From: Malacoraja senta
Taxonomy: Eukaryota
Assembly: GCA_038087875.1 (NCBI GenBank)
Contig: CM075994.1
Span: 11,720,001 to 11,784,000, forward strand
Direction: 5' to 3'
Length of the DNA stretch: 64,000 nt
The notes beneath the pieces were generated by a model. It saw only the letters and a list, made by a program, of their open reading frames with translations, did not search any database and was not told the DNA's origin. This document shows, in pieces, positions 1 through 13,734 of this stretch; position 1 is the first letter of the stretch, and every line of letters starts with the position of its first letter. The position numbers and the translations under genes are program-made.

Positions 1-532
1 ACAGTCTTTCCAGGTGATGCAGAGGTTCACCTGCACCTCCTCCAACCTTATATATTGCATCCGCTGTTCCTGGTGTCAATTTCTTTATATCGGCGAGACC
101 AAGCGCGGGATCGGCGATCATTTCACTGAACACCTCCACTCAGTCCGTCTTACCCAAGCGGATCTCCCGATGGCCCAGCACATCAACACCCCCTCCCATT
201 CCCAATCAGACCTTTCTGTTCTGGGCCTCCTCCATTGTCAGAGTGAGGCCCAGCCAAATTGGTGGAACAGCACCTCGTATTTCGCTTGGGTAGTTTACAC
301 CCAACTGTATGAACATTGACTTCTCAAACTTCAGGTAGCCCTTGCTTTCTCTTTCCATCCCCTCCCCTTCCCAGTTCTCCCCCATGTCTTACTGTCTCCG
401 CCTACATTCTTTCTTTGTCCAGCCGCCTCCCCTGACATCAATCTGAAGAAGGGTCTCGACCCGAAACGTCGACAATTCCTTCTCTTCATAGATGCTGCCT
501 CACCCGCTGAGTTACTCCGGCAATTTGTGTCC
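1..532 (+). mobile_element. Penelope-like element 3' end: GIY-YIG endonuclease remnant plus terminal repeat with hammerhead motif
   Basis: ORF 14-319 NLIYCIRCSWCQFLYIGETKR...FTEH is a GIY-YIG motif. It is followed by a CT-rich UTR and ctgaagaagggtctcgacccgaaacgtc at 443-470. Confidence 0.85.
443..470 (+). ncRNA. Minimal type I hammerhead ribozyme motif (representative copy of about 15)
   Basis: CUGAAGA core, one extra A, GGGU-CUCG-ACCC helix II, GAAAC, palindromic ACGU helix III and GUC triplet. This matches the architecture known for Penelope-associated minimal hammerheads. Confidence 0.7.
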
Positions 533-799
533 ACTGCGGTAGCGACCTCCATATATAGTTGTGCAATACAGAGGCCAGTATTGTGCTTTGCAATCTGGAA
601 ATAGTCTCGCCTGCAAGTCAATGGTAGAGTGTAGAATTAGACCGGTACCCACTAGTGAATGTTTCAGGTGCGCTCATACATTCTGTCAATCGGCGGTGAT
701 TAGATTAATGGACAGCTATTTCCAACTCTCTGAGCCTGCAACACCGTGAATGAGCGAAACTGTCCGACTAAACTAAACATTGAGCAGTTTCCAAAAATG

Positions 800-2245
800 C
801 TTCAATCAAGAAATTGAAATTATTTCATCGGCACTCGGGGTGGTGGGAGGGATTGTCCTCGTGAATTTGGAGGCAAAGTGGACGTTAGTGTTTAAGGAAA
901 TTAAATGAACTAATACATCACTGATGCAGGAGGCAGCCCCGATGCAGTCGTAGATGTGGCGGTGAAAGACGGAGGATAGGGCTAATGTACACCTGGAACA
1001 AGGATTGTTCGACGTACCCGACCAAAATGCATGCATATCCAGTGTTCATTCGGGACCACGTGGCTTAACCTTTAACTTGGTGAAAGTGAGAATAGTCTAA
1101 AGATAAGTTGTTCCGGGCGAGGAGATATTGCGCCGGCGGAGAAGAGTGTTAGGAAAGGGGCATTGAATGTGTCTCTATTCGAGGAAGAAGCGGAATGCCT
1201 TGAAACTCAGAGCTGGAGAGAGATGTGATGGAATTGAACGACCATGGTGAGAATGACGCAATGGTGCCTCGATAGCTAATGTTATTAAAGAGATGAAGGG
1301 CGAGTGTGTTGTGGTTGACGGAGGTGTGAAGTAGCTCAAGACGAGGGATGAAATGGAATGGACGTACGTAGAGACGGGTTCAACGGGGCAGCAGAAAACA
1401 ATGACAATGGGTCTGCCAATGCTGTCTGCTTTGTGGATTTTGGGGAGGACGTAGAAGCGGACAGCGTGGGGCCGGGGAATGATGAGGATGGTGCTTGTGG
1501 AGGGGAGATCGCCGGAGGCGCTGTGATCAGAAACAGCCTGGGAGGTGATGGCCTAGTGTGCGTCCGTGGGATCAAGGTCGATGTGTAAGTATGAGGAGGT
1601 GCGCAAGAGCTGATCTCTTACCTCAGTGGGTAGAGGTCAGCCCGCCAGATTACAAAGTCATCTCCCTTATTGGTGGGTTTACTAACAATGTCTGGATTTT
1701 TGCTGCGAGAGGGGAGGGCTCTGCGTTCAGAAGGGGTGAGATCGGTAAGTTGGGTAGAGAATTCAAGGCAGTTGATGTCGCGCCGGCAGATGGAAATAAC
1801 AAGGTCCAGAAAAGGCACACAGGTCTTTACTGTATCGACCCAAAACGTAACAAAGCCACATAATGCTGTGTAACTCCGGGAATCAGGCAACATTCGTGGA
1901 GAACATGGTCTGGTGCTGTTTCGGGTTGGACTAAACCGTATTTAGTCTGAAGAAGGGTTCCGATCCAATAAGTCGCCGATCCATGTTCTCCAAAGACGAT
2001 TTACTCCGCGTTTCGTCTCTGTCTTCGGCATAAAGCAACACTTGAAGATCCTTGTTATTGCGTCACCCATCCTTGTTCCCCAGAGATGCTGCCTGACCTG
2101 CTGATTTACTCCACCACATGTGTCCTTTTTTTGAAATCAATATCTGCTAGTCTGAAGAAGGGTCTCGACCCGAAACGCCACCTATTCCTTCTCATCAGAG
2201 ATTCTGCCTGTCGCGCTGAGTTGCTCCAGCATTTTGTGTCTATCT
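800..2245 (-). mobile_element. Degenerate Penelope-like RT fragment (minus) with adjacent inverted terminal-repeat pieces
   Basis: Minus-strand ORFs retain KPTNKGDDFVIWRADLY (PLE KPADKG..VVW) and YDCIGAAS...NFHxA.KFT. Terminal-repeat pieces occur in both orientations at about 1860-2245. Confidence 0.8.
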
Positions 2246-2635
2246 ATTGAAGATAATGTATCTGCAGACTCCTTCTTGATTCTGTTCTGTGATGAATGTG
2301 GATTTCCCATGTACAGTATCTTCCTGCCACCGCGGGGATTTATCTCGTGGGCACGACATCCCGTCCACGTCTCAAAGACGCAAATTGGTTGACGGAGTTA
2401 ATGGCCTCCATGATATAGTCATATAACAGTTGGGCTGCTGGGGCGTTAGTGGGGATTTGAGTGGCATGTAAGGGGGTACATTGAATAGGCATGCGGAGGA
2501 CAAAGGGGCTGCAAGGAGTACCATGACAGTCGGTATTGACTCTATGGTGCGTATGGTATCTCGGAACGTGAGATGCAATAATATAACCTCGAACACGAGG
2601 TAATTTCGAAAATAATTTTCAGTTTCACCGTGGCA

Positions 2636-3546
2636 TCAAAAACACTTTATTAAATTGGAAAAAAAGACGAATGGATTCTTAATCACATTTTTTAATTCAT
2701 CCCTGAATTTTTTCTGGGACACCCCATAAATAAACGTGTTGGTACAGGAACTCAGAGCCCTCAGCATATATCCGGACTGTTCTGCAATGGTAAATGGATC
2801 GTCGTAATCTGATCCTAAAATGTGAACGTCCAGGAAGTATGCACTCAGGAAACACACGAAGGTCACCATCCAAAGTAGTACGAAGCTACCGGATATGGCC
2901 AGCAATAGAACGATGGACTTCCTTCTGTTCTCCACCTCGATATCTGCGCCGGTCTGGGTATTTTTGCTCCCTCGGAGAATGCTCCTCACTCTATTGGCGT
3001 GTACAATGTGTCTTATTGTCATGGCGTTGAGGAGCATGATTATTAAAATTGGTGCAAATGGGGTTAGAATTGTTTCGATCACCCAAAGAGCTGCCCATAT
3101 TGGTGAGGTGTAGATTTCCGATGATGTCCAACAGTACCAAGCCACATTGTCAACTAGTTGTATAGGCACAAGGGAAATGTATACTGGAATATTTTGAATA
3201 ATACACAAGATACACGTCAGTGCTATCACCAAAGCCGCAGTTTTCTCAGTGCAATATTCTGCTCGTAAATTCATACTGCAAATAGTGATAAATCGATCGA
3301 AGGTGAAAGTCACTGTTAGCCAGACAGAGCAATCAAGAAAAATACAAATCAAGAAAATGTGCAGCTTACAAATGTGAGAACGGTTGAGGAATGAAAACGG
3401 AAAATGGGCTCCTGTAATCTCTGAGAGAATTACCTCGAATATCAGAACCATTAGATCAGCTACGGCCATGGATACCAGATAGAGGGTGATACATTTAGAG
3501 AGACCACACTTTCTCCGGGAGAGGATAACGATTGCAAACAGGTTCG
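2636..3546 (-). CDS. Class A GPCR, GPR139/GPR142-like, exon 2
   Basis: Hydrophobic TM segments with SMAVADLMV (TM2), TFDRFITIC (DRY-equivalent), ENRRKSIVLL (TM6) and SSCTNTFIY (TM7). Acceptor ttttctacag at 3547-3556 extends the 277-aa ORF in frame (NLFAIVILSRRKCGLSKCITLYLVSM). Confidence 0.92.
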
Positions 3547-3739
3547 CTGTAGAAAAGACGAAATTAAAATTAAAATAACTAATTTATTTTTCTAGGAGAA
3601 TATTACTTTGACAGTACTTCGTATGAAAGTGAATCGTTTTATTGATTCGGTAAGCTGCTCCTTTTCGTCGTGTCGCCCACACATCTTTATGGATGAAAGG
3701 GAAATAATATATGTGAATTTTGCTAAACAACAATGAACA

Positions 3740-3895
3740 GAATCCTGCGGCCAATGTCATAACTGGATTTACAGAATCACGGCATACTGAAGCACCGGGT
3801 GAACACACATGGTCACAGGGAGGACGCGCAAACTTCACACAGTCAGCAGCAGAGGTCAGGATCGAACGCGGTCTCCTGCGCTGTGAGTGCGGCCC
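3740..3895 (-). mobile_element. tRNA-derived SINE fragment (HE1-like), intronic
   Basis: Reverse complement contains the B-box-like cgcgttcgatcctgacctc and the body shared with the other SINE copies. Confidence 0.6.
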
Positions 3896-4261
3896 AGTGT
3901 CCAGTTTCCTTCGACTTGCGAAAAGTTGCTCGCTGTTTACTTTTCCCAGCAGGTTGTCGGTAACACATCATTTTTTGTGGAATCATTTGTGAATTTTGGA
4001 AGTTCCCGTCAAAAGAAAAATCAGTGGGTGAATCCGATTATGTATTTTAAGCGACATAGAAGAGATGAACCGTACTTGTCACCATCTATATCGCAGGAGC
4101 AAAATTCGCCGCATTAGATGTCAGTGTTTTTTGATTTGGCGATGAATAACAAATACAATCTGGTTTATTTAATGCCTCTACTGGAAGTAGAAAAGTCCGG
4201 ACCAGCTACACATTGGTGTCGCACAACAGCTGCGAGCTCCTATTAATACAGTGGGGGACAG

Positions 4262-5160
4262 AATAGACAATAGACAGTAGGTGCAGAAGGAGACCATTTG
4301 GCCTTTCGAGCCAGCACCCCATTCAATGTGATCATGGCTGATCATCCCAAATCAATACCCCGTTCCTGCCTTCTCCCCATATCCCCTCACCGCTATTTTT
4401 AAGAGCCCTATCTAGCTCTCTCTTGAACGCATCCAGATAACCTGCCTCCACCGCCCTCTGAGGCAGAGAATTCCACACACACACCACTCTCTGTGAGAAA
4501 AAGTGTTTCCTCGTCTCCGTTCTAAATGGCTTACTCTTTATTCTTAAACTGTGGCCCCTGGTTCTGGACTCCCCCAACATCGGGAACATGTTTCCTGCCT
4601 CTAGTGTGTCCAAGCCCTTAACAATCTTATATGTTTCAATGAGAACCCCTCTCATCCTTCTAAACTCCAGAGTGTATAAGCCCAGCTGCTCCATTCTATC
4701 AGCATATGATAGTCCCGCCATCCCGGCAATTAACTTTGTAAACCTACGCTGCACTCCCTCAATAGCAAGAAGGTTCTTCCTCAAATTAGGGGAGCAAAAC
4801 TGCACACAATACTCCAGGTGTGGTCTCACTAGGACTCTGTACTACTGCATAAGGACCTCTTTGCTCCTATATTCGATTCCTCTTGTTATAAAGGCCAACA
4901 TGTCATGCGCTTTGATCACTGCCTGCTGTACCTGCATGCTTACTTTCATAGACTGATGCACAAGGGCCCCCAGATCCCGTTGTACTTCCCCTTTTCCCAA
5001 CTTGACGCCATTTAGATAGTAATCTGCCTCCTTGTTTATGCTACCAAAGTGGATAACCTCACATTGATCCGCATTAAACTTCATCTGCCATGCATCTGCC
5101 CACTCCCCCAACCTGTCCAATTCTCATAGCATCCTCCTCACAGTTCACACTGCCACCCAG
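4262..5160 (-). mobile_element. CR1 LINE 3' fragment inside the GPCR intron
   Basis: ORFs RPHLEYCVQF...RTRGHSL...VWNSLP and WQMKFNADQCEVIHFG; (tctattg)n tail. Confidence 0.9.
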
Positions 5161-5930
5161 AATGAACCCGTGAGTACGAGGTGCGCCAGTGGAGGAGCCG
5201 TGGCAGGATCTCGCCTGCTTCTCATTGGGAGACAATGTCAAAATAAATTCATAATTTATTGATTTTTATCCCGCACCATCCGCAACGTAACGGTTGGATT
5301 TACATAATCCATTCGCACTAATCCATGAACATAGATCTGTATTTCTAGCCGAGGACTTGCGCCCTAAATTATTGACAATCCACAGATCAAATGCTCATCA
5401 TGATCGGTATGATTAAAGTCATTTCCGCTCAGTGAACAGAGAACAGGTCTAGAACATTCAACTTTGAACATACAACACTGAACTGAGAACACCGGCATAG
5501 ACTAACCCGCTGTCTGTGTGAACTTTGCTCATTTTGCCAGTGGCGAGTGAATGGGTAATTGCGATAATATGGAATCAGTGTGAACGTGTAATCGAAGCTC
5601 GGCGGGGACTCCGTGCCCAAAGGGTTAGCTCCCATGCTGTGTCTCCACAATAAGCGAGTAAAGCACAGTAACACGTTCTTCGGTCTACAATGGTTAGACC
5701 AAACGTAACGCCATTTTGAACAAAACTTGCGTTTACAGGTGGTCTATATCCTACGATCACTGCCTATCGATGTGTCCGTCTAAATGGCACAGGATCTAAT
5801 GGCAGTAGATAGAATTGTGATGAATGTGTTTTTGATGTCGATAATTGCTCGGGCAATAAGTCATAGCAAACATATTTTAACAGTATAGGCAACACGTCGG
5901 TTCATCGGCTGAAAAGAATAAAGGACTTAC

Positions 5931-6000
5931 CAGGAACACCAATGATGGCAAGAATAGGGTAGAAAATATTCTCAACCTGGTTGAGTACCGGTAGTGCCAT
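5931..6000 (-). CDS. GPR139-like GPCR exon 1 (MALPVLNQVENIFYPILAIIGVP)
   Basis: ATG at 6000-5998; 70-nt exon ending CCTG|gtaag. The phase-1 join to exon 2 gives GVP-A-N and 981 nt = 326 aa plus stop. Intron 3547-5930 is GT-AG. Confidence 0.9.
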
Positions 6001-7526
6001 GCTCAAAGATCATGGACGTTTCCTGCCAATGGTCTGGCAGGTCGCTTATAACTTTTAAAGTTAGTAGCTTATTCCCCAGAGAAAACATACGACTACGAAT
6101 CAAGGCAAATTAATTGGGATTAGTGTCGGTCATTTAAACAAACAATGTTTGCCAAATCACGTTAGCTACTAGTAATTATGTAGTTACGTAATAACTGCCA
6201 TACAAGCCGGTTGTTCTATAAAATAAATATGTTTTTATTATATTATGCAAAATAAAGAGAATTATAAGAAAGAACACATTTCTTGATCTATTTACGTTCG
6301 CTGTTTCATGCAGCAACGTAATGACGAATTATCATGCATGACCATGTACTCATCCAAATACGCCGCTCCAAACGCCGCTCTTACACCTTCGTCCAACAGA
6401 ATCGCTGGCAGCGCGTTCCAGGTACAAGGATCTCTCTCGAAAATTCTTGCCAGCGTATCCCCTTCAAAGTTTAACCCTCTCCCCTTAAACATTTGCTCTC
6501 TAGTCCCTTCAATGTGGAATCGTTTCTGACTGTCAATACCATCTATGCCTCTCTTAATGTTACATATTTATTTAAGGTATCCCATCAACCTTTGACATTC
6601 CAAGTTTTCCCTGCTTCTCTTTGCAGCTAATGCAGACCAATCCAAGAAGCATTCTGGTAAGTGTCTTCTGCACCCATTTCACAGCCCCCAAGTCTGTAAG
6701 AGGACGAGCAGAACTGCACGCAATCATCAAAATACGATCTACCCACAGTGTTATCAAGCTGCATCGTGACTTCGTGAAAATTGCAACGTTGGCCACTGTT
6801 TAACCTGTCTTTCAACGGCAGTCATTAAGGTCCATCTTTTATTACTCATTGTTTCGATACGTACGGAATTTACTCGACTAAGCCAAATATATTTTAAACA
6901 TTGATTTATAACTCTACACTTGGGTAGACTGTTGTTCAAATTAAGATCCAATGTAATTGTTTCGTTAAATTGGATTATATCTATCAATGTATGGCGAAAA
7001 TATCGGAAACACGTACACGTCAGGCAGAATCAGCAGAACAATGGAATGCGCCCCGTCACAGACCCTTATCAGGTCCTCTTTCAGAGTTTTCCGTTTGTTC
7101 TATTTTCCTTTGAGATTTCATGTGTCATTGATTTTGAATCTAATACCCAGAGAAATGTTTGCAAGATACAGCGTGGAAACAGTGCTTTCGGCCCACCGAG
7201 TCTGTGCAAAACAATGATCGCCCATTCAGATTGTAGAAACAAAGAACTGTAGATGCTGTACAAAAATGAAGGAATAACGGATCAGGAAGCATCACTGCAG
7301 AAAATGATTCGGTGCGATTTAGAGTCTGGACACTTTTTCAAGCTGATTTTGCGGGGATCTAGAAGGGAGGCAGACACAAAATGCTGGAGTAACTCAGTGG
7401 GTGAGGCAGCATCTCTAGAGAGAAGGAATGGGCGACATTTCGGGTCGAGACCCTTTTTCAGACAGATGTCAGGGGATTATCGGGATAAAGTTAGAATGTA
7501 GTCGAAGACAGTAAGACTGGTGGGAG

Positions 7527-8160
7527 ACAATAGACAATAGGTGCAGGAGTAGGCCATTCGGCCTTTCAAGCTAGCACCGCCATTCAATGTGATCATGGCT
7601 GATCAACCACAATTGGTACCCCGTTTCTGCCTTCTCCCCACATCCCCTGACTCCGGTATCTTCAAGAGCCCTATCTGGCTCTCTCTTGAAAGTATCCAGA
7701 AAACCGGCCTCCGCCGGCAGTGATTTCCACAGACTCACAGCTCTTTGTGTGAAAGTGGTTTACCGCTTATTCTTAAACTTTGGACCCTGGCTTTGGACTC
7801 CCCCAACATCGGGAACATGTTTCCTGCCTCTAGCATGTCCAACCCCTTAATAATTTCTCGCATATCCATTTGCTGATATAAAAGCCTCCTAAATGCCTCT
7901 ATCACATCTGCCTCACCACCACAGCAGTGCATTCCAGGCACCCACCTATGTTAAAAAAAAAAGATCTGCACATCTCATTTAAAACATGTCCCTCTCACCT
8001 TAAAGCTATGCCCTATATTCTTTGTCATTTACTTGCTGGGGAAAAAAAATATTCTCACTCTCCACCAAATCTATGTCTGTCTTAATTTTAGAAACAGAGC
8101 CTCCGACGTTCCAGTGAAAACAATCCAAGTTTGGCATTAGAGTAAATACCCTTGATTATG
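7527..8160 (-). mobile_element. CR1 3' fragments (composite)
   Basis: IIKGLDMLEAGNMFPMLGES...SLRI plus CR1 3' UTR and tail. Confidence 0.75.
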
Positions 8161-8184
8161 GCATATGAAACATGTGGGCAATCT

Positions 8185-8460
8185 AGTTTAGAGATACAGC
8201 ACAGCAACAGGCCCTTCGGCCCATTGTGTCCGCGCCGCCCCCGCACATTAACACCATCCAACACCCACTAGGGACAATTTTTACATTTACCAAGCAAATT
8301 AACCTACATACTTGTACGTCTTTGGAAGAGTGGGAGGAGACCGAAGATCTCGGAGAAAACCTACGCAGGTCACGGGGAGAACGGATAAACTCCGTACAAA
8401 CACCATCTCTGGCGCTGCATTCGCTATAAGGCAGCAACTCTACCGCTGCGCCATCGCAAC
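8185..8460 (-). mobile_element. tRNA-derived SINE (HE1-like)
   Basis: Reverse complement begins tggcgcagcggtagagttgctgcctta (A-box-like) and ends gaagggcctgtt...tatctctaaacta. Confidence 0.75.
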
Positions 8461-9052
8461 TGTGTTGAAAGGGCTGGTATTCTGCAGACGGAGTCTCCTG
8501 TAAGGAGGAACTGCAGATGCTGGTTTAAACCGAAGATAGACACAAAAAGCTGCAAACTCAGACAGCATCTCTGGAGAGAAGGAATGATGACGTTTTGGGT
8601 CGAGACCCTTCTTCAGACGGAGTCTGATGCTTGGGCCAAACAGCAGGAAACTGGATGATAAAGGGGAAATCCCATCTTCAAAAGGATAGTGCATTGTGAA
8701 ATAAATGTTCCTTGCTGCTCCTCAGCCTGGGGCTACATTTACTGGGGAGGGGCATAATGCAAGTTACATGGTAGCTCAGTGAGTCATCTGTTTCCCAACA
8801 TTGACTTTCCTTATAGTCCAAGTATTTCCTTTGAGCTGTCGGTCAAATATACAGCCCAAAAATAAGAAATGTTTTTGACACCAATCTGAGGAAGTGTCTC
8901 ACCCCAAAACGTCACCTATTCCTTTTCCCCAGAGATGCTGCCTGACCCGCTGAGTTACTCTAGTATTTTGTGTATATCTTCAGTGTAACCCAGCATCTGC
9001 AATTAATTCTTACACTTAACATTTTTAATTGATTGACAGATCCAGCATGCAT

Positions 9053-9465
9053 TAGGAGATTGAGAGGGGATCTTATAGAAACGTACAAAATTCTTATGGG
9101 GTTGGACAGGCTAGATGCAGGAAGATTGTTCCCGATGTTGGGGAAGTCCAGGACAAGGGGTCACACCTTAAGGATAAGGGGGAAATCCTTTAAGACCGAG
9201 ATGAGGAAAAACTTTTTCACACAGAGAGTGGTGAATCTCTGGAACTCTCTGCCACAGAGGGTAGTTGAGGCCAGTTCATTGGCTATATTTAAGAGGGAGT
9301 TAGATGTGGCCCTTGTGGCTAAGGGGATCAGGGGGTATGGAGAGAAGGCAGGTTCGGGATACTGAGTTGGATGATCAGCCATGATCATATTGAATGGCGG
9401 TGCAGGCTCGAAGGGCCGAATGGCCTACTCCTGCACCTATTTTTTATGTATCTATGTATCTATGC
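9053..9465 (+). mobile_element. CR1 3' end
   Basis: RRLRGDLIETYKIL...RTRGH...NLWNSLP; (tatgtatc)n tail. Confidence 0.9.
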
Positions 9466-9844
9466 AAACAGGCCCTTTGCCTACCCAGTCCCCGCTGACC
9501 ACTGATCACTCATTCCTCCAATCCTCGGACTATCTTTAATCAGATTTTATCATGCATCAAAAAGGTTTTCATTCACTGTATCTCAGACAATATACTAAAC
9601 TCCACTAAGCTAAGCTAAACTAAACTCACTCACGTTGGTTCAATGTTATCCCACTTTCTCATCCACTCCCCACTGGGGGCAATCCCGCATGTCTTTGGGA
9701 TGTTCGAAGAAACCGGAGCACCTGGAGGAACCCCACTCAGTCACAGGGAGAATGTGCAAACTCCACACAGATGGCAGCAGGTATCATGATAGAAACCGGG
9801 TCTCTGGTGCAGTGAGACAGCAGCTCCATCCCGTTACCCTGCTA

Positions 9845-10320
9845 TAGGAAGGGTGTCATTAAGCTGGAATGAGTACAGAGAAGATTTATGAGGATGTTGC
9901 TAGGACTTTGGGGCCTGAGTTATAGGGAGAGGCGGGGCAGGTTAGGACTTTATTCCTTCGCGCGCAGGACACAGAGGGGTGATCTAACAGCGGTTTATAA
10001 GATTATGATGGGAATAAATGAGGCAAATGCATAATCTTTTAAACAGAGTAAGGAAATTAATAACAAATGGTTCCAAAGTGAGAAAGATTTAATATAAATT
10101 GAGTAGCAACGTTTTCACACAGGGGAAGGCAGGTATATGGAAAGAACTACCAGAAGAGATGGTGGGGGCAGGTACCATAACAGATCTTTGGGTAAAAACG
10201 TGGGTAAGAAAGGGTTATGCGCCAAACCTGGGCAGGTGTGACGGGTATAGACGGGGCATCTTGGTTGGCAAGAGAAAGTTGGGCTGAAGGGCCTGTTTCC
10301 ATGCTCTACGACTATGACTC
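9845..10320 (+). mobile_element. Degenerate CR1 3' fragment
   Basis: CR1 RT C-terminal codons (WKELPEEMVGAG) and a gaagggcctgtttcc...tatgactc tail. Confidence 0.7.
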
Positions 10321-11039
10321 TACCAGCTGCAGCAGAGCCAAATTAGAAATCGATAACTTTTTCAAAACTGGTATGCTAAATGAGTTTGCCCATTATATTA
10401 GTTCATTCTGGAGCCCAAAAATTGTATTTAAAGATCCCATTGTATTTTCCTGGCGTTACTTACATATATCAACAATGTTATTTCTTACACATGTGGTGGT
10501 ACCTGTTCAACAGATTTCAAAATCAATTAACTACAACTGCAGATGCTGGAAATCTAAAATAAAAGCAGAATATGCTGCAAACATTCAGAAGGTTAGGTTT
10601 CATTTGTGGTAAGAGAAACAGAGTAACTAGATCAAATATTCTTAATCGGTGTTCTGATGCCAGTTGCAAAACCAGTTTGACTATTTTACTGGAATCCCCC
10701 GTCTGATACACTTGGAAGCTATTTTTGTTCAAAGGATGGAAGATGAAGTAAGAATGGAAGATGCGTTGGTTGCCATGCAGTAAGACATATAGATACAATA
10801 TGGGCAGAGTTACAACATCATTAGTCTTGGGTGGTCTGTGGTAACACTTGAGCAACCTTGCGTAGGAAGGAAATGCAGATGCTGGTTTAAATCGAAAATA
10901 GACACAAAATGCTGGAGTAACTCAGTGGGACAGGCAGCATCTCTGGAGAGAATGGGTGATGTTTCGGGTCGAGACCTTTTTTCAGCAAACTTGCATTGAG
11001 AACAGTCCAACATGTATAGCAGACCTTGTTCATGTCCAC

Positions 11040-12935
11040 AGTTACAGTCATAGAACCATAATGTACGGAAACAGGCCCTTCGGCCCAGCTTGCCCATGCC
11101 GGCCAAGGTGCGCCAGCAATTCCATCCCCACCTGCTCATGTTTGGTCCATATACCTCTAAACATTTCCTGTCCACGTATCCATCCAAATGTCTTTTAAAA
11201 GCTGTGATAATTTCTGCCTAACTACCTCCTCCGGCGGCTCATTTCATAACCACCACCTGCTGTCGGAAAAAGTTGCCCATCAAATTGCTATTTAAATCTT
11301 TCCCCTCTCACCTTAAACCTATCTCCTCTGGTTCTTGATTCCCCTACTCTGGGTAAAAGACTGTGCATCTTGAATTCCTGAAGCCCATCACAATCTCCTT
11401 TGTTTGCAGTCAAACACAAGATACTCCAACTGCTGGGATGTTGAGGAAACCAGAAAGGGCTGTACAAACGCAGACGGTCAGGTTGCACTGTGGAGGGAAA
11501 TGGAACAGGTGGCGTTTGGGGTCGGGCACAAGGAAGTGCAGGGGAATCCTGAACAAGACACAATGTGCTGGAGTAACTCAGCGGATCAGGCAGCACTTGT
11601 GGAGGGAATGGACACAAAGAACTTCAGATGCTGTAATCCTAAGCATGAGTTTCGACTCGAAGCGTTGCCTGTCAATTTCACTCCACAGATGCTGACCGAC
11701 CCGCTGAGTTCCTCCTGTACTCATTTCATAATAGGAGCAGAATTAGGCCATTCAGCCCATCAAGTCTACAACCTTTCAATCATGGCTGATATATCTTTCC
11801 CTCCTATTCCCATTCTACTGCCTTCACCCCATAACCCCTGACAGCCTTACTAATCAAGAATCTATCTATCTCTGTCATACAATTATCCACTGACTTGGCC
11901 TCCACATCATTATGTGGCAAAGAATTCCACAGATTCACCACCTTCTGACTAAAGAAATTCCTTCTCCTCCTTCCTCAAAGAACGTCCTTTAATTCTGAGG
12001 CTGTGACCTCTTCTGTTGTGGGGTAGACTGAGACGGACTCTCCACGTTACGTTACGTTACATTTGTACAAGACGTTGGTGAGACCACAGTTGGAGTATTG
12101 TGTTCAGGTTTAGTCACCAAGGATGTCATTAAGATGGAAAGAGTGCAGGGAAGATAAACAAGGATGTTGCTAGGACTCAAGAGACTGAGCATAGGGATAT
12201 CTGAATTGGGGTCTTGACCCGAAGCATCACTTATTCCTTTTCTCCAGAGATGCTGCCTGACACTCGATGTTAGTCCAACTTTTTACCTGTATATTTTAAG
12301 CATCGGGAGAAGTTAGGCAGGCTAGAACTTCTTAGAGCATAGGAGGCTGAGGGGTGATCTTATAGAGGTGAATAAATCATGACGGGAATAGATAGGGTGA
12401 ATGCCCAGTCTTTTATCCAGGATGGGGGAATCATGAACCAGAGGGTATATGTTTAAGGTGAGAGGGACAAGATGTAATAGGAAGCTGAGGGACTTTGAGG
12501 GTGGTGGGTATATAGAACGAAATGCCAGAGGAGGTAGTTGAGGCAGGTACTATAACAGCATTTAAGATACTTGGACTGATACATGGACAAATAAGATTAG
12601 CTGAGATGGGGCATCCTGGTTGGCAAGGATGAGTTTTCACTTTACCTCAGTACACGTGACAATAAACCACACTAATTATACCAAAGACTTGGGAAAGGTA
12701 GCTGTTTTCCATGCCGTATGACTCTAAGACATATAAAGAGGGTGGCAAATCTGAGGAATGTTTTGCCACAGAAGGCTGTGGAGGCCGTCAGTGGATATAT
12801 TTAAGGCAGATAAATAGATTATGGGGAGAAGGCAGGAGAATTGGGTTAGGACGGAGCAACCATGTAGACTTGATGGGCCGAATAAGGCCGAATGGCCTAA
12901 TTCTGCTCCTATCGCTTATGATCTTATGATCTATG
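11040..12935. mobile_element. Cluster of CR1 3' fragments in both orientations with Penelope terminal-repeat pieces
   Basis: CR1 UTRs and RTRG motifs at about 11040-11370 (-), 11725-12015 (-), 12060-12720 (+) and 12740-12935 (+). Confidence 0.7.
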
Positions 12936-13734
12936 TACTTCACCTAATGTCTACTGTATTTGCTTGCTGGGCAGGTGTTGGTGGGTCACATGAGGCATTT
13001 GGAGCTAGTTCCATGCTGATGCTCATGGCTACACTTGTGATGATCATTTGAGCATTGTAGCGAAGAGGAGCAATGAGGAGAGAGGCCAGGTGTGATTACA
13101 GGTGAGTGAGCACATAGACTCCTTCAGTAAGACTCGATGATGTGACAAACTCTCTTCTCATTTCTGATCCAATCTCTGCTCATTTCTCCTTTCCAGATGA
13201 ACATCCGGTCCTAATCTGAATACTGGATGAAGCTTCTACCTGTTACAATGATGAGTGGCTGTATACCTCATCAAGAAGGGTCTCCACCCGAAATGTCGCC
13301 TATTCATTTTCTCCAGAGATGTTGCCTGACCCGCTGAGTTACTCCAGCAGTTTTTGTCTATCTTCAGTTTAAACCAGCATTTGCAGTTCCTTCCTATTCA
13401 TCAAGCTTAGTGTTGCCTCCATTGTAGTGACTGGTTACTGAGTCTTCTCCTACTTTGCAACAAACTCTTTTAGCAATGTTTCAACTTTGTGTTACATTTC
13501 ACTCAGAATTTAATTTTGATGTTTGAGGTTTTCATCTTATAGTCATACAGCACAGTAACAGGCCCTGCGGCCCATCTCGTCCATTCTGGCCAAGATGTTC
13601 CATCTGAACTAGTCCCATTTGCTTGTATTTGGCCCTTATCCCTCAGAACCTTTCCCACTCAACTACCTGTCCAAGTGTCATTTAAATGCTGAAATGGTAC
13701 TTGCCTCAACCAGCTCTTTTACTTAATTTTAGTC

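Noticed and set aside
6040..6060. TATA-like TTATAA about 45 nt upstream of the GPCR ATG
   Set aside because: Plausible position, but too common in AT-rich DNA to call without transcription-start data.
13040..13260. Apparent GT-AG intron (cag|gtgagt...ttccag) at about 13102-13197
   Set aside because: Flanks give no open, recognisable reading frame.
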